This document shows positions 1 to 9,478 of a stretch of 64,000 bases of DNA, piece after piece; position 1 is the first letter of the stretch; every line of letters begins with the position of its first letter. Both the position numbers and the translations under genes were made by a program. The DNA is taken from contig CAYPDK010000024.1 in NCBI GenBank assembly GCA_964409505.1, forward strand, positions 396 through 64,395, in the 5' to 3' direction. The notes beneath the pieces are model-generated. The model was not told where the DNA came from. It did no database searches and saw only the letters and a list, made by a program, of their open reading frames with translations. Origin of the DNA: an uncultured Rickettsiaceae bacterium. GTDB taxonomy: Bacteria; Pseudomonadota; Alphaproteobacteria; Rickettsiales; Rickettsiaceae.

Positions 1-1056
1 AAAAAAGGAGAAACAGTGCTATGGTCGATGATAGATTCAGCAGAGCAAATAGCATTATTTAAGCATCTAATCGATATACGATTAATTACTCCAGAGATAC
101 TTCAAATTAAAAACGAAAAAGGAGAAACAGTGCTATGGTCAATGATGAATTCAGAAAAAAGAATTGAAATTTTTGATAGAATTTTTGATAGTCTTATTAA
201 TAAAGGTCTTATCAGTAGGGAACTAATTGAATTTCAAGATTCTGCAGGACAAGTATTTTTATCGGTTATTTCTGGAGATGAAAGAGTAGATTTTATGATA
301 AAATTACTAGGGAAAGGTGTTATATCTAAAAAATTACTTGAAGTGCGAAATGATGTTGACAACAAAAGTTGCTTAGAACAAATAAAAGATGTATATGCGG
401 AGCTTGGAGAGTTACTGGCACAATTTATTAATACAAATGAAGAAAATCAATTCCTTCATGAACAGATTGTATTATGTGTACACTCTATAGAAGGATTGAG
501 GTTCTTATATGGGTTGAATAACTTAGCACAAAATAAAGAGATAGAAATTTCAGGACTAGATAAAAATGATAATTTATATCACAAAAAGGTCAGAGATACA
601 TTAACTAATATTGAATTTCAAGAAGTCAAAAAAATTTTTGCCATGATACCGGATACACTTGAAAGAATAATTAACTGGTTTGGTGAGACGCTAAAAGCAG
701 AAAATGCTCCTTATCTATTAAAAGTAGTTTTAAAAGACATCATAAATAGTTATATATACAAGGGTGATTCAGACATAACTTATAAAATTTCAGTAACTTT
801 GGAAAAACACTTATCAAGTGAGCAAATCAAGGAAATATTTACGTCTATACATAGTACTCTGTTAGTAGAAAGATTTGAAGATATTACACCAAAACAAAAT
901 TTAGGCTTCTTGTTTAATGTCTTTTTTGATTCAGAAAATGTACAAACATTAAATGCACTACAAGATGTGTTGATAAGATCAGGAGTAGAAGATGCTCAAG
1001 ATTCAGTAGTCTTAGCAGCAGCAGGAGATCATGAGGATCACAACGCATTTGTATAA
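1..1056 (+). CDS. Repeat-containing hypothetical protein, 5' end outside the window; degenerate ankyrin-like 38-42 aa repeats; candidate secreted effector
   Basis: Frame 1 is open from base 1 (KKGET precedes the GTG at 16 used by the ORF track). KGETVLWSM(I/M)(D/N)S recurs exactly 38 codons apart (nt 4-32 vs 118-146, 28/29 identical). A weaker third unit AGQVFLSVISGDERVDFMIKLLGKG follows. The G-x-T-x-L ... LLxxG spacing recalls the ANK consensus, but the period is longer than 33 aa. No catalytic motif recognised. Confidence 0.6.
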   Translation, partial: KKGETVLWSMIDSAEQIALFKHLIDIRLITPEILQIKNEKGETVLWSMMNSEKRIEIFDRIFDSLINKGLISRELIEFQDSAGQVFLSVISGDERVDFMIKLLGKGVISKKLLEVRNDVDNKSCLEQIKDVYAELGELLAQFINTNEENQFLHEQIVLCVHSIEGLRFLYGLNNLAQNKEIEISGLDKNDNLYHKKVRDTLTNIEFQEVKKIFAMIPDTLERIINWFGETLKAENAPYLLKVVLKDIINSYIYKGDSDITYKISVTLEKHLSSEQIKEIFTSIHSTLLVERFEDITPKQNLGFLFNVFFDSENVQTLNALQDVLIRSGVEDAQDSVVLAAAGDHEDHNAFV

Positions 1057-1350
1057 TTATAACAACTGCTGTGTTCAAATATGTAATTATAAAGAGCTAT
1101 GGAATATAGAGATTTTTAACTAGGATACAGAGACAAAAGAAGTGCATTAAGATGTATGGGTATTATTCGGTTTTGTTGATTGGATGATTTCTCTGAAAGT
1201 TTTCTTAGGATACTAAAAGTTCTATACTAAATAAGGGTAGTTGTCCGAGTGATATATGATATCATAAAAAATTAGCTGGAAATTTACATATATAGATATA
1301 ATCAACTGAGAATCTGGGTTATTCAGGTCTTATCGATTTTTTGGTATTTT

Positions 1351-2568
1351 CTATAATTCTAGAAGTAATTTTTCAGGATTTTCTATCAATTTTTTTATAT
1401 TACTTAAAAATGCAACTGCGTCTTTTCCATCTACTACCCTGTGATCATATGATAGAGCAACGTACATCATAGGTCTTAGCAATATTTCTCCTGCAAACTC
1501 GACAGGTCTTTTTTGTATAGAATGTAATCCTAATATTGCCGTTTGAGGTGGATTAATAATAGGGGTTGAAAAAAGAGATCCGTATACTCCCCCGTTAGTG
1601 ATAGAAAATGTTCCGTCATGAAAATCTTGCATAACGAGCTTACCATTTCGTGCTTTATCTGCAAGTTCTAGTAAATTTTTCTCTACTTCATGAAAGGACA
1701 TAGTGTCCGCATTTTTTATTACAGGTACTACAAGGCCTTGTTCGGTACCTATAGCAACGGCTATGTTATAATATTTTTTGTATAATATGAACTCATCTTG
1801 TATTTCAGTATTGATGGATGCTATCTCCTTTAGAGCAGCTACAGAAGCCTTTATGAAAAAAGACATAAAGCCTAATTTTACAGAATGCTTTTTTTGAAAC
1901 TCTTCTTTATACTTATTTCTTAAAGAGATTACATTCCCCATATCAATTTCATTGAACGTAGATAATATTGCGGCTGTGTTTTGAGAGTCTTTTAGTCTTT
2001 TTGCTATAGTTTTTCTAATGCGAGAAAATTTTACATATTCAATTTTTCTTTCCTGAGAACTATCCTGAGAAGTCGTTTTGATATTTTGAGAGTTATTTTC
2101 TTTTTTTGATTCATCAGTACTTAATGAATCAAGTAGATCTGCTTTCGTAATCCTGTTTTTTAATCCTGTTGCTTTTACATGGGATAAATCTATTTCTTTC
2201 TCACTTAAGATTCTTTTTGCGGCTGGGCCAACATCTTCTAAATTTAATCCTGTTTCTTCTTTAGCTGAGTCATATTTTCGAGTAGGTTCTTTTGGAGTCA
2301 AATCTTGAGTTTGTTTTATAGTGCTATTAGCATTTTCTGCTATGTGACCAAGAATATTGCCTACATTTACACTTTCTCCTTCAGGTTTTAATATTTTTTG
2401 TAAAATTCCACTCTCAGGAGCAGTAACCTCAAGTGCTACCTTTTCTGTTTCAAGTTCTAATAATATCTCATCTTTGGTAATAAGATTCCCCTCTTTTTTA
2501 TACCATTTGGATATAGTTGCCTCAGAAATCGATTCTCCTAAATTAGGAACTATAATGTTAGTGCTCAT
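1351..2568 (-). CDS. sucB: 2-oxoglutarate dehydrogenase E2, dihydrolipoyllysine-residue succinyltransferase
   Basis: 405 aa. N-terminal lipoyl domain with lipoyl-lysine context LELETEKVALEV, a charged linker, and the C-terminal acyltransferase catalytic motif SYDHRVVDG. Lies 24 nt downstream of sucA on the same strand. Confidence 0.93.
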   Translation of the reverse strand: MSTNIIVPNLGESISEATISKWYKKEGNLITKDEILLELETEKVALEVTAPESGILQKILKPEGESVNVGNILGHIAENANSTIKQTQDLTPKEPTRKYDSAKEETGLNLEDVGPAAKRILSEKEIDLSHVKATGLKNRITKADLLDSLSTDESKKENNSQNIKTTSQDSSQERKIEYVKFSRIRKTIAKRLKDSQNTAAILSTFNEIDMGNVISLRNKYKEEFQKKHSVKLGFMSFFIKASVAALKEIASINTEIQDEFILYKKYYNIAVAIGTEQGLVVPVIKNADTMSFHEVEKNLLELADKARNGKLVMQDFHDGTFSITNGGVYGSLFSTPIINPPQTAILGLHSIQKRPVEFAGEILLRPMMYVALSYDHRVVDGKDAVAFLSNIKKLIENPEKLLLEL

Positions 2569-2592
2569 ATTATTTTTTCCAAAAATTTTTAA

Positions 2593-5412
2593 TTAATCAA
2601 AAGCATTCTTGAGAATTTTTTCCTGCTCTATAGAATGTATGTTCATATAGCCAATAGCTGGTGATGCAGCCTCATCTCTTCCAATATATTCTAATTTTTG
2701 TCTGAAAGATAGGTTTTTTAATACCAGGATGAATTTGTCCTTTATAAAATTCCATACCCCCATGTTCATAGGTTCCTCTTGAACCCAAGCCAGTTTAACA
2801 TTTTTATTATAACCTTCCAAAATATTTGATAACATGTTTTGTTTAAACGGATATAGTTGTTCTATTCTTATTATAGATACATGATTTGATTTTGAGAGAT
2901 CTTTTTTTTGTAATAGATCAAAGAATATTTTACCACTACAAAAGAGTATTTTTGATATAGAATTTTTCTTCTGAGGAGTTGTTTGATCAATTATTGGTAA
3001 AAAATTAGTACCTTGTTCTATTTCTGCAATATTTGATATTGCTAATTTATTTCTCAGTAAGGATTTAGGTGAAAATATTATTAAAGGTTTTCTTATATTA
3101 TTTTTTGCTTGGCGTTGCAGGGCATGAAAGATATTTGCTGGAGTTGTTGGATATATCACTTGTAGGTTTTGTTGAGCTGATAATTGTAAGAATCTTTCAA
3201 TTCTTGCAGAACTATGCTCAGGTCCTTGTCCTTCAAGTCCATGAGGAAGCAGTACAATTATATTGCTCTGTATTAACCATTTTTGTTCTGCAGATGAGAT
3301 AAATTGATCGAAGATAATCTGTGCTCCATTTGCAAAATCTCCATATTGAGCTTCCCATATGACAAGATTTTTAGTCTGATCTGAAAGAGAGTAGCCATAT
3401 TCAAATCCAAGTGCTCCATATTCGGACAAATTACTGTTATAGATTCTAAATTTTCCTTGGTCTTTAGAAATATTATTTAATGGAATATATGTGGGGTGTG
3501 TTTCTAATATTTGGTCATGTAGAACTGCATGTCTTTGAGAAAATGTTCCTCTTTGGGAATCTTGTCCAGAAAATCTTATATTAAATCCATTCTTTAGCAG
3601 AACTGCTAAAGAAAGTTGTTCTGCTAGAGGCCAATCTAATCTACCAGTAAGAAAATTCTCTAGGCGTTTTTGGAATAAAAGTTTTAATTTAGGGTTCAGA
3701 TTGAAATTTTTATCAATGTTTAATAATTTTTGAGCTACAGTATCTAGAATTTTTTTTTCGATTCCTGTAGCAATTTCAGTAGTACTTTTTTCATCTATAT
3801 ACTTAACAGCTGCATTAAAAGGGGAGCCTAAAATTTCTTTTAAGGATATTTTTTGTTCTTTTTTACTAAATTCTAAGTCTAATTTTTGTTTGAAAGACTC
3901 TTGAATTTTTTTTAAATAATCATCAGTAATAGCTTTTTCTAGTAAGAGTTTTTTATTATATAATATATGAGCTCTTTCTTTTTTATCTATAATTTGATAC
4001 ATATAATTTTGTGTAAATCTTGGCTCATCTCCCTCATTGTGACCATGTCTTCTGTATCCTACAATATCTATGACAATATCACTAGCAAATTTTTGTCTGT
4101 ATTTTGAGGCTAGCTCAGCAGCAAAAACTACAGACTCAACGTCGTCTGTGTTTATGTGTATTACAGGTAAATTTGCAATTTTAGCAACATCAGTACAATA
4201 TCTACTATTGCTAATCTCATTCTTGGTAGTTGTAAATCCTATTTGGTTATTTATTACTATATGTATAGCACCCCTTACTTCGTACTGGGGTAGCGTCGAC
4301 ATTAGTAAATTTTCAGCCGCAACCCCTTGCCCAGAAAAAGCAGAATCTCCGTGTACAATAATGCCAATAGACCTATTATTTGCCTCCTGGTCTTGCTTAC
4401 ATCGTACAAGTCCACAAGTAATGCTATTAGTAGCTTCTAAATGTGATGGATTGGATATCATATGTAGAAACAATCTCTTATTTTTAACCGTTTTATAACA
4501 TGAATAACCCATGTGATATTTTACATCTCCTGCAAGTCCTGACTCTATAAACGGAGGATTTTTAGAGATAAATTCCGAAAATAATACCCTAGGTTGTTTT
4601 TCTAGAATATGGACTAATGAAGACAATCTTCCTCTGTGAGCAAGAGAAAAGGTAAAATTATCTACTTCGTAAGAAGAACTTACTTCTAAAATACGTTTTA
4701 GACATATTATAAAACTATCACATCCCTCTATTGAGAATCTTTTTCCTCCTACGAATTTTTTGTGTAGATAATCTTCAAAATCATTTACCTCAGTTAAATT
4801 TTTTAAAATTTCTTTTTTTTCATCTATACTAAGAGTAAAATTATGCTCTCTCATTTCAAATTCCTGGTATAACCAATTTTGTTTTTCTTCATCGTTTATG
4901 TAAGAGCATTCAAGTGCTATTTTTGAAGAGTAAATTTTTTCTAACTTATGGATTAAATCTCCTAATTTTAAAGATGTTGATTTTGTATAAAACAATTTTC
5001 TTGGATCAATAATTTGTTCTAGGTCAGAAATTTGTATATCAAATTTTTTTAATTCAAGATTTAATTCTTCTTTAGACCAATTTCTTTCTAAATTGAGAGG
5101 ATCTAATTTTGATAAAAAATGACCTTTTTCTCTGTATTTTTTTACTAAGTTTTTTACTTTTAGGTATAGGAACTCTAAGGATAAATTTGTTTCTTGTACT
5201 TTCGTATTGTTATTACTATCTTTTTCTTGTAATGGGAATGTTTCTATAGGACTAGATGAGTCGTGATTTTTAAAGAAATTTTGCCAACTAATATCTACTG
5301 TATTTGGATTTTTAAGATATCTTTGGTACATTTGCTCTATAAAAGCTGAGTTAGATGCAAATAGTGATTCTTCTTGAAGAATGTTTTGTACAGAGATTTT
5401 TTTTGTACTCAT
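2593..5412 (-). CDS. sucA: 2-oxoglutarate dehydrogenase E1 component
   Basis: The ORF runs to 5490, but I place the start at ATG 5412 (MSTKKISVQNILQEE...). The 26 upstream codons are hydrophobic read-through of AT-rich spacer. E1o hallmarks: AHRGRLSSLVHIL, HGDSAFSGQGVAAE (ThDP site), GYRRHGHNEGDEPRFTQ. Confidence 0.93.
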   Translation of the reverse strand: MSTKKISVQNILQEESLFASNSAFIEQMYQRYLKNPNTVDISWQNFFKNHDSSSPIETFPLQEKDSNNNTKVQETNLSLEFLYLKVKNLVKKYREKGHFLSKLDPLNLERNWSKEELNLELKKFDIQISDLEQIIDPRKLFYTKSTSLKLGDLIHKLEKIYSSKIALECSYINDEEKQNWLYQEFEMREHNFTLSIDEKKEILKNLTEVNDFEDYLHKKFVGGKRFSIEGCDSFIICLKRILEVSSSYEVDNFTFSLAHRGRLSSLVHILEKQPRVLFSEFISKNPPFIESGLAGDVKYHMGYSCYKTVKNKRLFLHMISNPSHLEATNSITCGLVRCKQDQEANNRSIGIIVHGDSAFSGQGVAAENLLMSTLPQYEVRGAIHIVINNQIGFTTTKNEISNSRYCTDVAKIANLPVIHINTDDVESVVFAAELASKYRQKFASDIVIDIVGYRRHGHNEGDEPRFTQNYMYQIIDKKERAHILYNKKLLLEKAITDDYLKKIQESFKQKLDLEFSKKEQKISLKEILGSPFNAAVKYIDEKSTTEIATGIEKKILDTVAQKLLNIDKNFNLNPKLKLLFQKRLENFLTGRLDWPLAEQLSLAVLLKNGFNIRFSGQDSQRGTFSQRHAVLHDQILETHPTYIPLNNISKDQGKFRIYNSNLSEYGALGFEYGYSLSDQTKNLVIWEAQYGDFANGAQIIFDQFISSAEQKWLIQSNIIVLLPHGLEGQGPEHSSARIERFLQLSAQQNLQVIYPTTPANIFHALQRQAKNNIRKPLIIFSPKSLLRNKLAISNIAEIEQGTNFLPIIDQTTPQKKNSISKILFCSGKIFFDLLQKKDLSKSNHVSIIRIEQLYPFKQNMLSNILEGYNKNVKLAWVQEEPMNMGVWNFIKDKFILVLKNLSFRQKLEYIGRDEAASPAIGYMNIHSIEQEKILKNAFD

Positions 5413-5745
5413 AACATAGAATAGACTGATAAAAGAAAAACAATATATATTAATTAAGCTAACAAAATTTTCTAAAATATGCATCATCAAATTTCAATTA
5501 ATCACATTTTTCTATTGGAGTAGTTTATTGGCTGTTACTTAAATTGTATTTTCACTATTTGCTTTTTAGCAAAGTAATATTTTTTATCAAGTATAAAAAT
5601 CACTTTTGGTAAAAAATATTTTGATTTTATACTGTTAAAAACAATTGCAATTTTAATATGTATGATTTTATGAAATAATGGAGTTGTTATACTTATAAAG
5701 ACAACAATTAAAATGAGATAGATATTTTCCATTAGTACTCTTGAA

Positions 5746-6417
5746 ATGCAGGATAAAATGAAGAGTGAATCAGAAAAAAATAAAAAGGTTGCTAGTACAT
5801 GGTTTAACGATAAATATGAAAATGTTCTAATACAACGCAATATATTAGCTATTTTTTCATTTGTTTGTATTTTGTTAGTTATGGTTAGCGTTTTAGCCGT
5901 TATTTATATCAACAGTATCAAAGAGATAGAACCATTTGTGATTGAAGTAAATAAAAAAACAGGACAGAATATTTTACTAAAACAAGCCTCTGAATCCTCT
6001 CTTAATCAAAATGAATCACTGGCTCAATTCTTTCTAAAACAATATATCTCTGCAAGAGAAACTTATAATCATGTTGATTTTGAAGGGCTTGCACGAGAAA
6101 AAATAAGATTGTTCTCATCATATGATGTCTATAGACAATATCTTGGATACATTAGGAATATGGAAATAAGTCCAGTTGTAAAATACTCTACTTCAAATTC
6201 AACTTATTTAATTATAAAATCTTGGTCTAAAATGTCTAGTAGCCACTACATTGTTAGGTTTTCTATTAACGAAACTACAGGAGCTATGGCAAAATTTAAT
6301 AGAATTGCAGTGATTAAGTTTGAATATCAACAAAGACAGTTAACTGAAAAAGAATTAGAGATAAATCCTGTAGGTTTTACTGTCACAGCTTATAGAGTGG
6401 ACTCAGATGAGAGTTAA
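5746..6417 (+). CDS. virB8: Type IV secretion system protein VirB8 (RvhB8-like)
   Basis: 223 aa, bitopic. Short cytoplasmic N-terminus (WFNDKYENV), one TM (ILAIFSFVCILLVMVSVLAVIYI), then a periplasmic VirB8-like domain (EPFVIEVNKKTG, YISARETYN). First gene of a B8-B9-B10-B11-D4 string; overlaps virB9 by 11 nt. Confidence 0.88.
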   Translation: MQDKMKSESEKNKKVASTWFNDKYENVLIQRNILAIFSFVCILLVMVSVLAVIYINSIKEIEPFVIEVNKKTGQNILLKQASESSLNQNESLAQFFLKQYISARETYNHVDFEGLAREKIRLFSSYDVYRQYLGYIRNMEISPVVKYSTSNSTYLIIKSWSKMSSSHYIVRFSINETTGAMAKFNRIAVIKFEYQQRQLTEKELEINPVGFTVTAYRVDSDES

Positions 6418-6850
6418 ACTTATTACCATTCTTAACGTGTTTGTGATTTTTATAAGTATATGTTTTGCTACTCTTTTTTCAGGTCATGGGCTAAAAGCAG
6501 AAGAGCATCACTATGATGATATGTATATTACAAATGATTATCGAGTTAAAACTTATGTCTATAATCCTAATGAGGTGTACTTACTTGTTATACATTATGG
6601 CTTTCAATCTTACGTAGAATTTGCTAAAGGCGAAATCATTAAAACAATTACTTTAGGGGATACATATTCTTGGAACATTAACTCTGTTGATAATAGATTA
6701 TTTGTTAAGGCATTAGAAAAATACATTCAAACAAATATGACAATTATTACTAATAAAAGAATATATCAATTTGATCTTGTCTCTAAAGAACTTGATGAAT
6801 ACTCTGATAGAGATTTGGTCTATGTTATAAGATTCAATTACATTGGTTAA
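6407..6850 (+). CDS. virB9: Type IV secretion system protein VirB9, N-terminal domain only (147 aa)
   Basis: Signal-peptide-like N-terminus, then the VirB9 N-domain pattern (VKTYVYNPNEVYLLVIHYGFQSYVEFAKGEII, LGDTYSWNI, LFVKALE, TNMTIITNKRIYQFDL, VYVIRFNY). The ORF stops right after the FNY motif. virB10 starts 6 nt later, leaving no room for the C-terminal domain. Confidence 0.85.
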   Translation: MRVKLITILNVFVIFISICFATLFSGHGLKAEEHHYDDMYITNDYRVKTYVYNPNEVYLLVIHYGFQSYVEFAKGEIIKTITLGDTYSWNINSVDNRLFVKALEKYIQTNMTIITNKRIYQFDLVSKELDEYSDRDLVYVIRFNYIG

Positions 6851-6856
6851 ATTTAT

Positions 6857-8461
6857 ATGAGTACTAATGAAGAAGAAAAAGTAGATTCTAAAGAATTTAA
6901 AGAAGAAGTCGAATCTCCTGAAATAGAGGAAGAAATATCTCAAGTCTCTACAAATAAAACTAGAAACATAATTCTCTTATTGATAGTAGTTGTTGGAATA
7001 GTTGGATGTATATATTTTTTCTTTATTAAAGATAGTGATAGCGATTCGGTAGAGGAGCAAGATATTGTAAGTACACCAATTGAATTGCCAGAACTAAAAT
7101 CTTTTAATTCTAATGATATTTCTTATGTTCAAACTCAAAAAAAAACTACAACAGTACCAACACTTTCAAGTATTAAAACACGAGCCGAACAAAGGTTAGA
7201 AGATGAAAAAAAAGCTCAAGAAGAAAAGGAAAAAAGAGAACAAGAACAGAGGGAAAAAGAACAGAGGGAAAAAGAACAGAAGGAGAAAGAACAGAGAGAC
7301 AAATCAGAACTCATAGAAAGAGAACTATTAGAAAATAGTAAAATAGCGACTGGTCCTCAAATAGAAAGTTTACTTACTCCTCCAGGTGCAAAACAAAAAG
7401 CCCCAGATCCTAAAACTTTAGCAGAAATAGAAAGAAGACGAAAAGCTCCTATGATTCTGATAAAAAATAGTGATAGTAGTACAGAAAGTTCGGAGGGGAA
7501 TATAAAATCCTCTGTAGAAAATGTTGATGGAAAATTTATAAAACCATCTAATATGTATCTTACTATGAGTAAAGGAAAGCATATAGATGCTGTGATAGAA
7601 AATTCTCTTAATACAGATTTTGGCGGCAATATTCGAGCTGTTATTACCAGTAATGTATATTCTGAATGGGGAAAAAATATCTTGATTCCTCAGGGCTCTA
7701 AAATATTTGGTACTTATAATTTAGGGTTTCAGGATAAACACGGAAGGGTGTTTATTAATTGGAATCGAATTGATTTGGCAAATGGATACAAAATTACTTT
7801 TAATGAAATTGCAGCAGATAACTTAGGATTAAAAGGAGTCCAAGGAGACATTGATTATAAGGTGAAAGAACAATTAGCTAATGCTGTGTTGCTATCTTCT
7901 TTCAATATTTTAGTAGCTCTTGGACTTGATCGTATAGTAAAACCTGTTCAATTCTCATCAGATACTACTACTAGGTCGCTCCAAGTAGAAGCCCTAAGGA
8001 AGGATATGAATTCTATTTCCAAGAATAATCCATCAAATCCACAACAAGCAATTTCAGAATTATGTACGGGTGTTTTAGCAAAAGTTTCTTCTATTGAAAA
8101 TTTAGATTTATCTAGTGGTGCATATAATGATATGTCTAATAAATGTAAATCTGTTCAAAGTTCTCCTGGAACCAGTGCTGCACAAGATTTGTCTGGAGTA
8201 ATAGAAGTTTTTAATCGAGGATTAGATAGTTTACTTATACTAAATAATCAAAATGTTGAAGAAACTCAAGCACAAAAAGCCTCTAGGGATGCTTTTGAAG
8301 ATCTATCTGATACGGCAGAAGATGTCTTATTTGGAACAAAAAATTGGGAACCTACTATAAATGTTGATCAAGGGGCTCCCATTAGGATCTATATAAATAA
8401 TGATTATGTATTTCCTCAAGAAATTTTTAATTCTATAGAACTAGAAAGAAAAATATTTTAA
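6857..8461 (+). CDS. virB10: Type IV secretion system protein VirB10
   Basis: 534 aa. Acidic cytoplasmic N-terminus, one TM (IILLLIVVVGIVGCIYFFFI), a charged EQREK-repeat linker, and a C-terminal TrbI/VirB10 barrel (PQGSKIFGTYN, HGRVFINWNRIDLANGYKI, DNLGLKGVQGDIDYK, QGAPIRIYINNDYVFP). Confidence 0.9.
   Translation: MSTNEEEKVDSKEFKEEVESPEIEEEISQVSTNKTRNIILLLIVVVGIVGCIYFFFIKDSDSDSVEEQDIVSTPIELPELKSFNSNDISYVQTQKKTTTVPTLSSIKTRAEQRLEDEKKAQEEKEKREQEQREKEQREKEQKEKEQRDKSELIERELLENSKIATGPQIESLLTPPGAKQKAPDPKTLAEIERRRKAPMILIKNSDSSTESSEGNIKSSVENVDGKFIKPSNMYLTMSKGKHIDAVIENSLNTDFGGNIRAVITSNVYSEWGKNILIPQGSKIFGTYNLGFQDKHGRVFINWNRIDLANGYKITFNEIAADNLGLKGVQGDIDYKVKEQLANAVLLSSFNILVALGLDRIVKPVQFSSDTTTRSLQVEALRKDMNSISKNNPSNPQQAISELCTGVLAKVSSIENLDLSSGAYNDMSNKCKSVQSSPGTSAAQDLSGVIEVFNRGLDSLLILNNQNVEETQAQKASRDAFEDLSDTAEDVLFGTKNWEPTINVDQGAPIRIYINNDYVFPQEIFNSIELERKIF
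7244..7303 (+). repeat. Four tandem 15-nt units (gaacagagggaaaaa; peptide EQREK/EQKEK/EQRDK) inside virB10
   Basis: 7244-7258 and 7259-7273 are identical. 7274-7288 and 7289-7303 differ at 2-3 positions each. Confidence 0.9.
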
Positions 8462-8464
8462 AAA

Positions 8465-9448
8465 ATGACACTTAGTACAACAGCTCTTGAAACATATCTT
8501 TTACCATTTAAAAGAATCCTTTCTCAAGAAGGAGTAAATGAAATTTTGGTTAATACAACTCATGAGTTTTGGGTTGAAAAACATGGAGAAACTATATTGC
8601 AAGAAGCTCCTGAACTGACCTTCGAGCACCTCACTTCTTTAGGACAACTCATCGCTCAATTTACAAAGCAGGTCATTTCATCAGAATATCCATTATTGTC
8701 AGCCACATTACCTAGTGGTTATAGGGTTCAAGTAGTTTTTCCTCCTGTCGTACAAACTAATACTGTCGCTTTTGCCATTCGAAAAAGTGCTACCAAAATT
8801 ATGACTCTTGAAGAATATAACGAAAATGGAGCTCTTAGTAATGTGCTTATTAAAGCCGTAGAGAATAAAGATAAGGAAATTTTAGCTCAGCACTTAGAAA
8901 AAAATGAAATTTTAGAATTTATTAAATATGCAATTTTGAGTAAAAAAAACATTATTATTAGTGGAGGAACTTCAAGTGGAAAAACAACTTTTACTAATTC
9001 TGCTCTTAGTACCATTCCTAAACACGAAAGAATTATTACTATCGAAGATGCAAGAGAAATCGTTCTAAATAATCACAAAAATAAATTACATTTAGTTGCT
9101 TCTAAAGGGGGGCAGGGATTATCTAAAGTTAATACTCAGGATTTAATTGAGACTTGTCTGAGACTAAGACCTGACAGAATAATAGTCGGAGAGTTACGCG
9201 GAAAAGAAGCATTTAGTTTTTTACGAGCTGTCAATACAGGTCATCCAGGATCTATCGCGACTCTACATGCAGATACTCCGCTAATGGCAATAGAACAACT
9301 AAAGCTAATGGTTATACAAGCAGGTCTTGGTATACCTACAGATGAAATAGTGCATTATATCAAACAAATTATACACATAATAATTCAGCTGAAGCGAGGA
9401 GAAAAGGGACTGAGATATGTTTCAGAGATTTATTTAAACAAAGATTAA
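8465..9448 (+). CDS. virB11: Type IV secretion system ATPase VirB11
   Basis: 327 aa. Walker A GGTSSGKTT, Asp box ITIEDARE, Walker B PDRIIVGELRG, His box NTGHPGSIATLHA. Confidence 0.94.
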   Translation: MTLSTTALETYLLPFKRILSQEGVNEILVNTTHEFWVEKHGETILQEAPELTFEHLTSLGQLIAQFTKQVISSEYPLLSATLPSGYRVQVVFPPVVQTNTVAFAIRKSATKIMTLEEYNENGALSNVLIKAVENKDKEILAQHLEKNEILEFIKYAILSKKNIIISGGTSSGKTTFTNSALSTIPKHERIITIEDAREIVLNNHKNKLHLVASKGGQGLSKVNTQDLIETCLRLRPDRIIVGELRGKEAFSFLRAVNTGHPGSIATLHADTPLMAIEQLKLMVIQAGLGIPTDEIVHYIKQIIHIIIQLKRGEKGLRYVSEIYLNKD

Positions 9449-9478
9449 TAATTTTATACTAAAAATATCTTATTCTAC

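Noticed and set aside
1235-1251. gggtagttgtccgagtg resembles the acceptor-stem and D-arm start of a class II tRNA (Ser-like TGTCCGAGTG)
   Set aside because: No anticodon arm, T arm (GTTCRANYC) or complementary 3' acceptor strand follows. A 17-nt resemblance is insufficient. It could at most be a decayed fragment.
4070-4498. 142-aa plus-strand ORF (also 3069..3302 and 2357..2596)
   Set aside because: Antisense to the well-supported sucA and sucB genes; no motifs.
5413-5490. 26 extra N-terminal codons of the sucA ORF; similarly 56761-56802 for mnmA
   Set aside because: The conserved protein N-termini begin at the internal ATGs (5412 and 56760). The extensions are hydrophobic spacer read-through.
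5535-5840. 101-aa minus-strand ORF
   Set aside because: It lies in the sucA-virB8 divergent spacer and overlaps the virB8 start. It is Ile/Phe/Leu-rich read-through of AT-rich DNA with no support.
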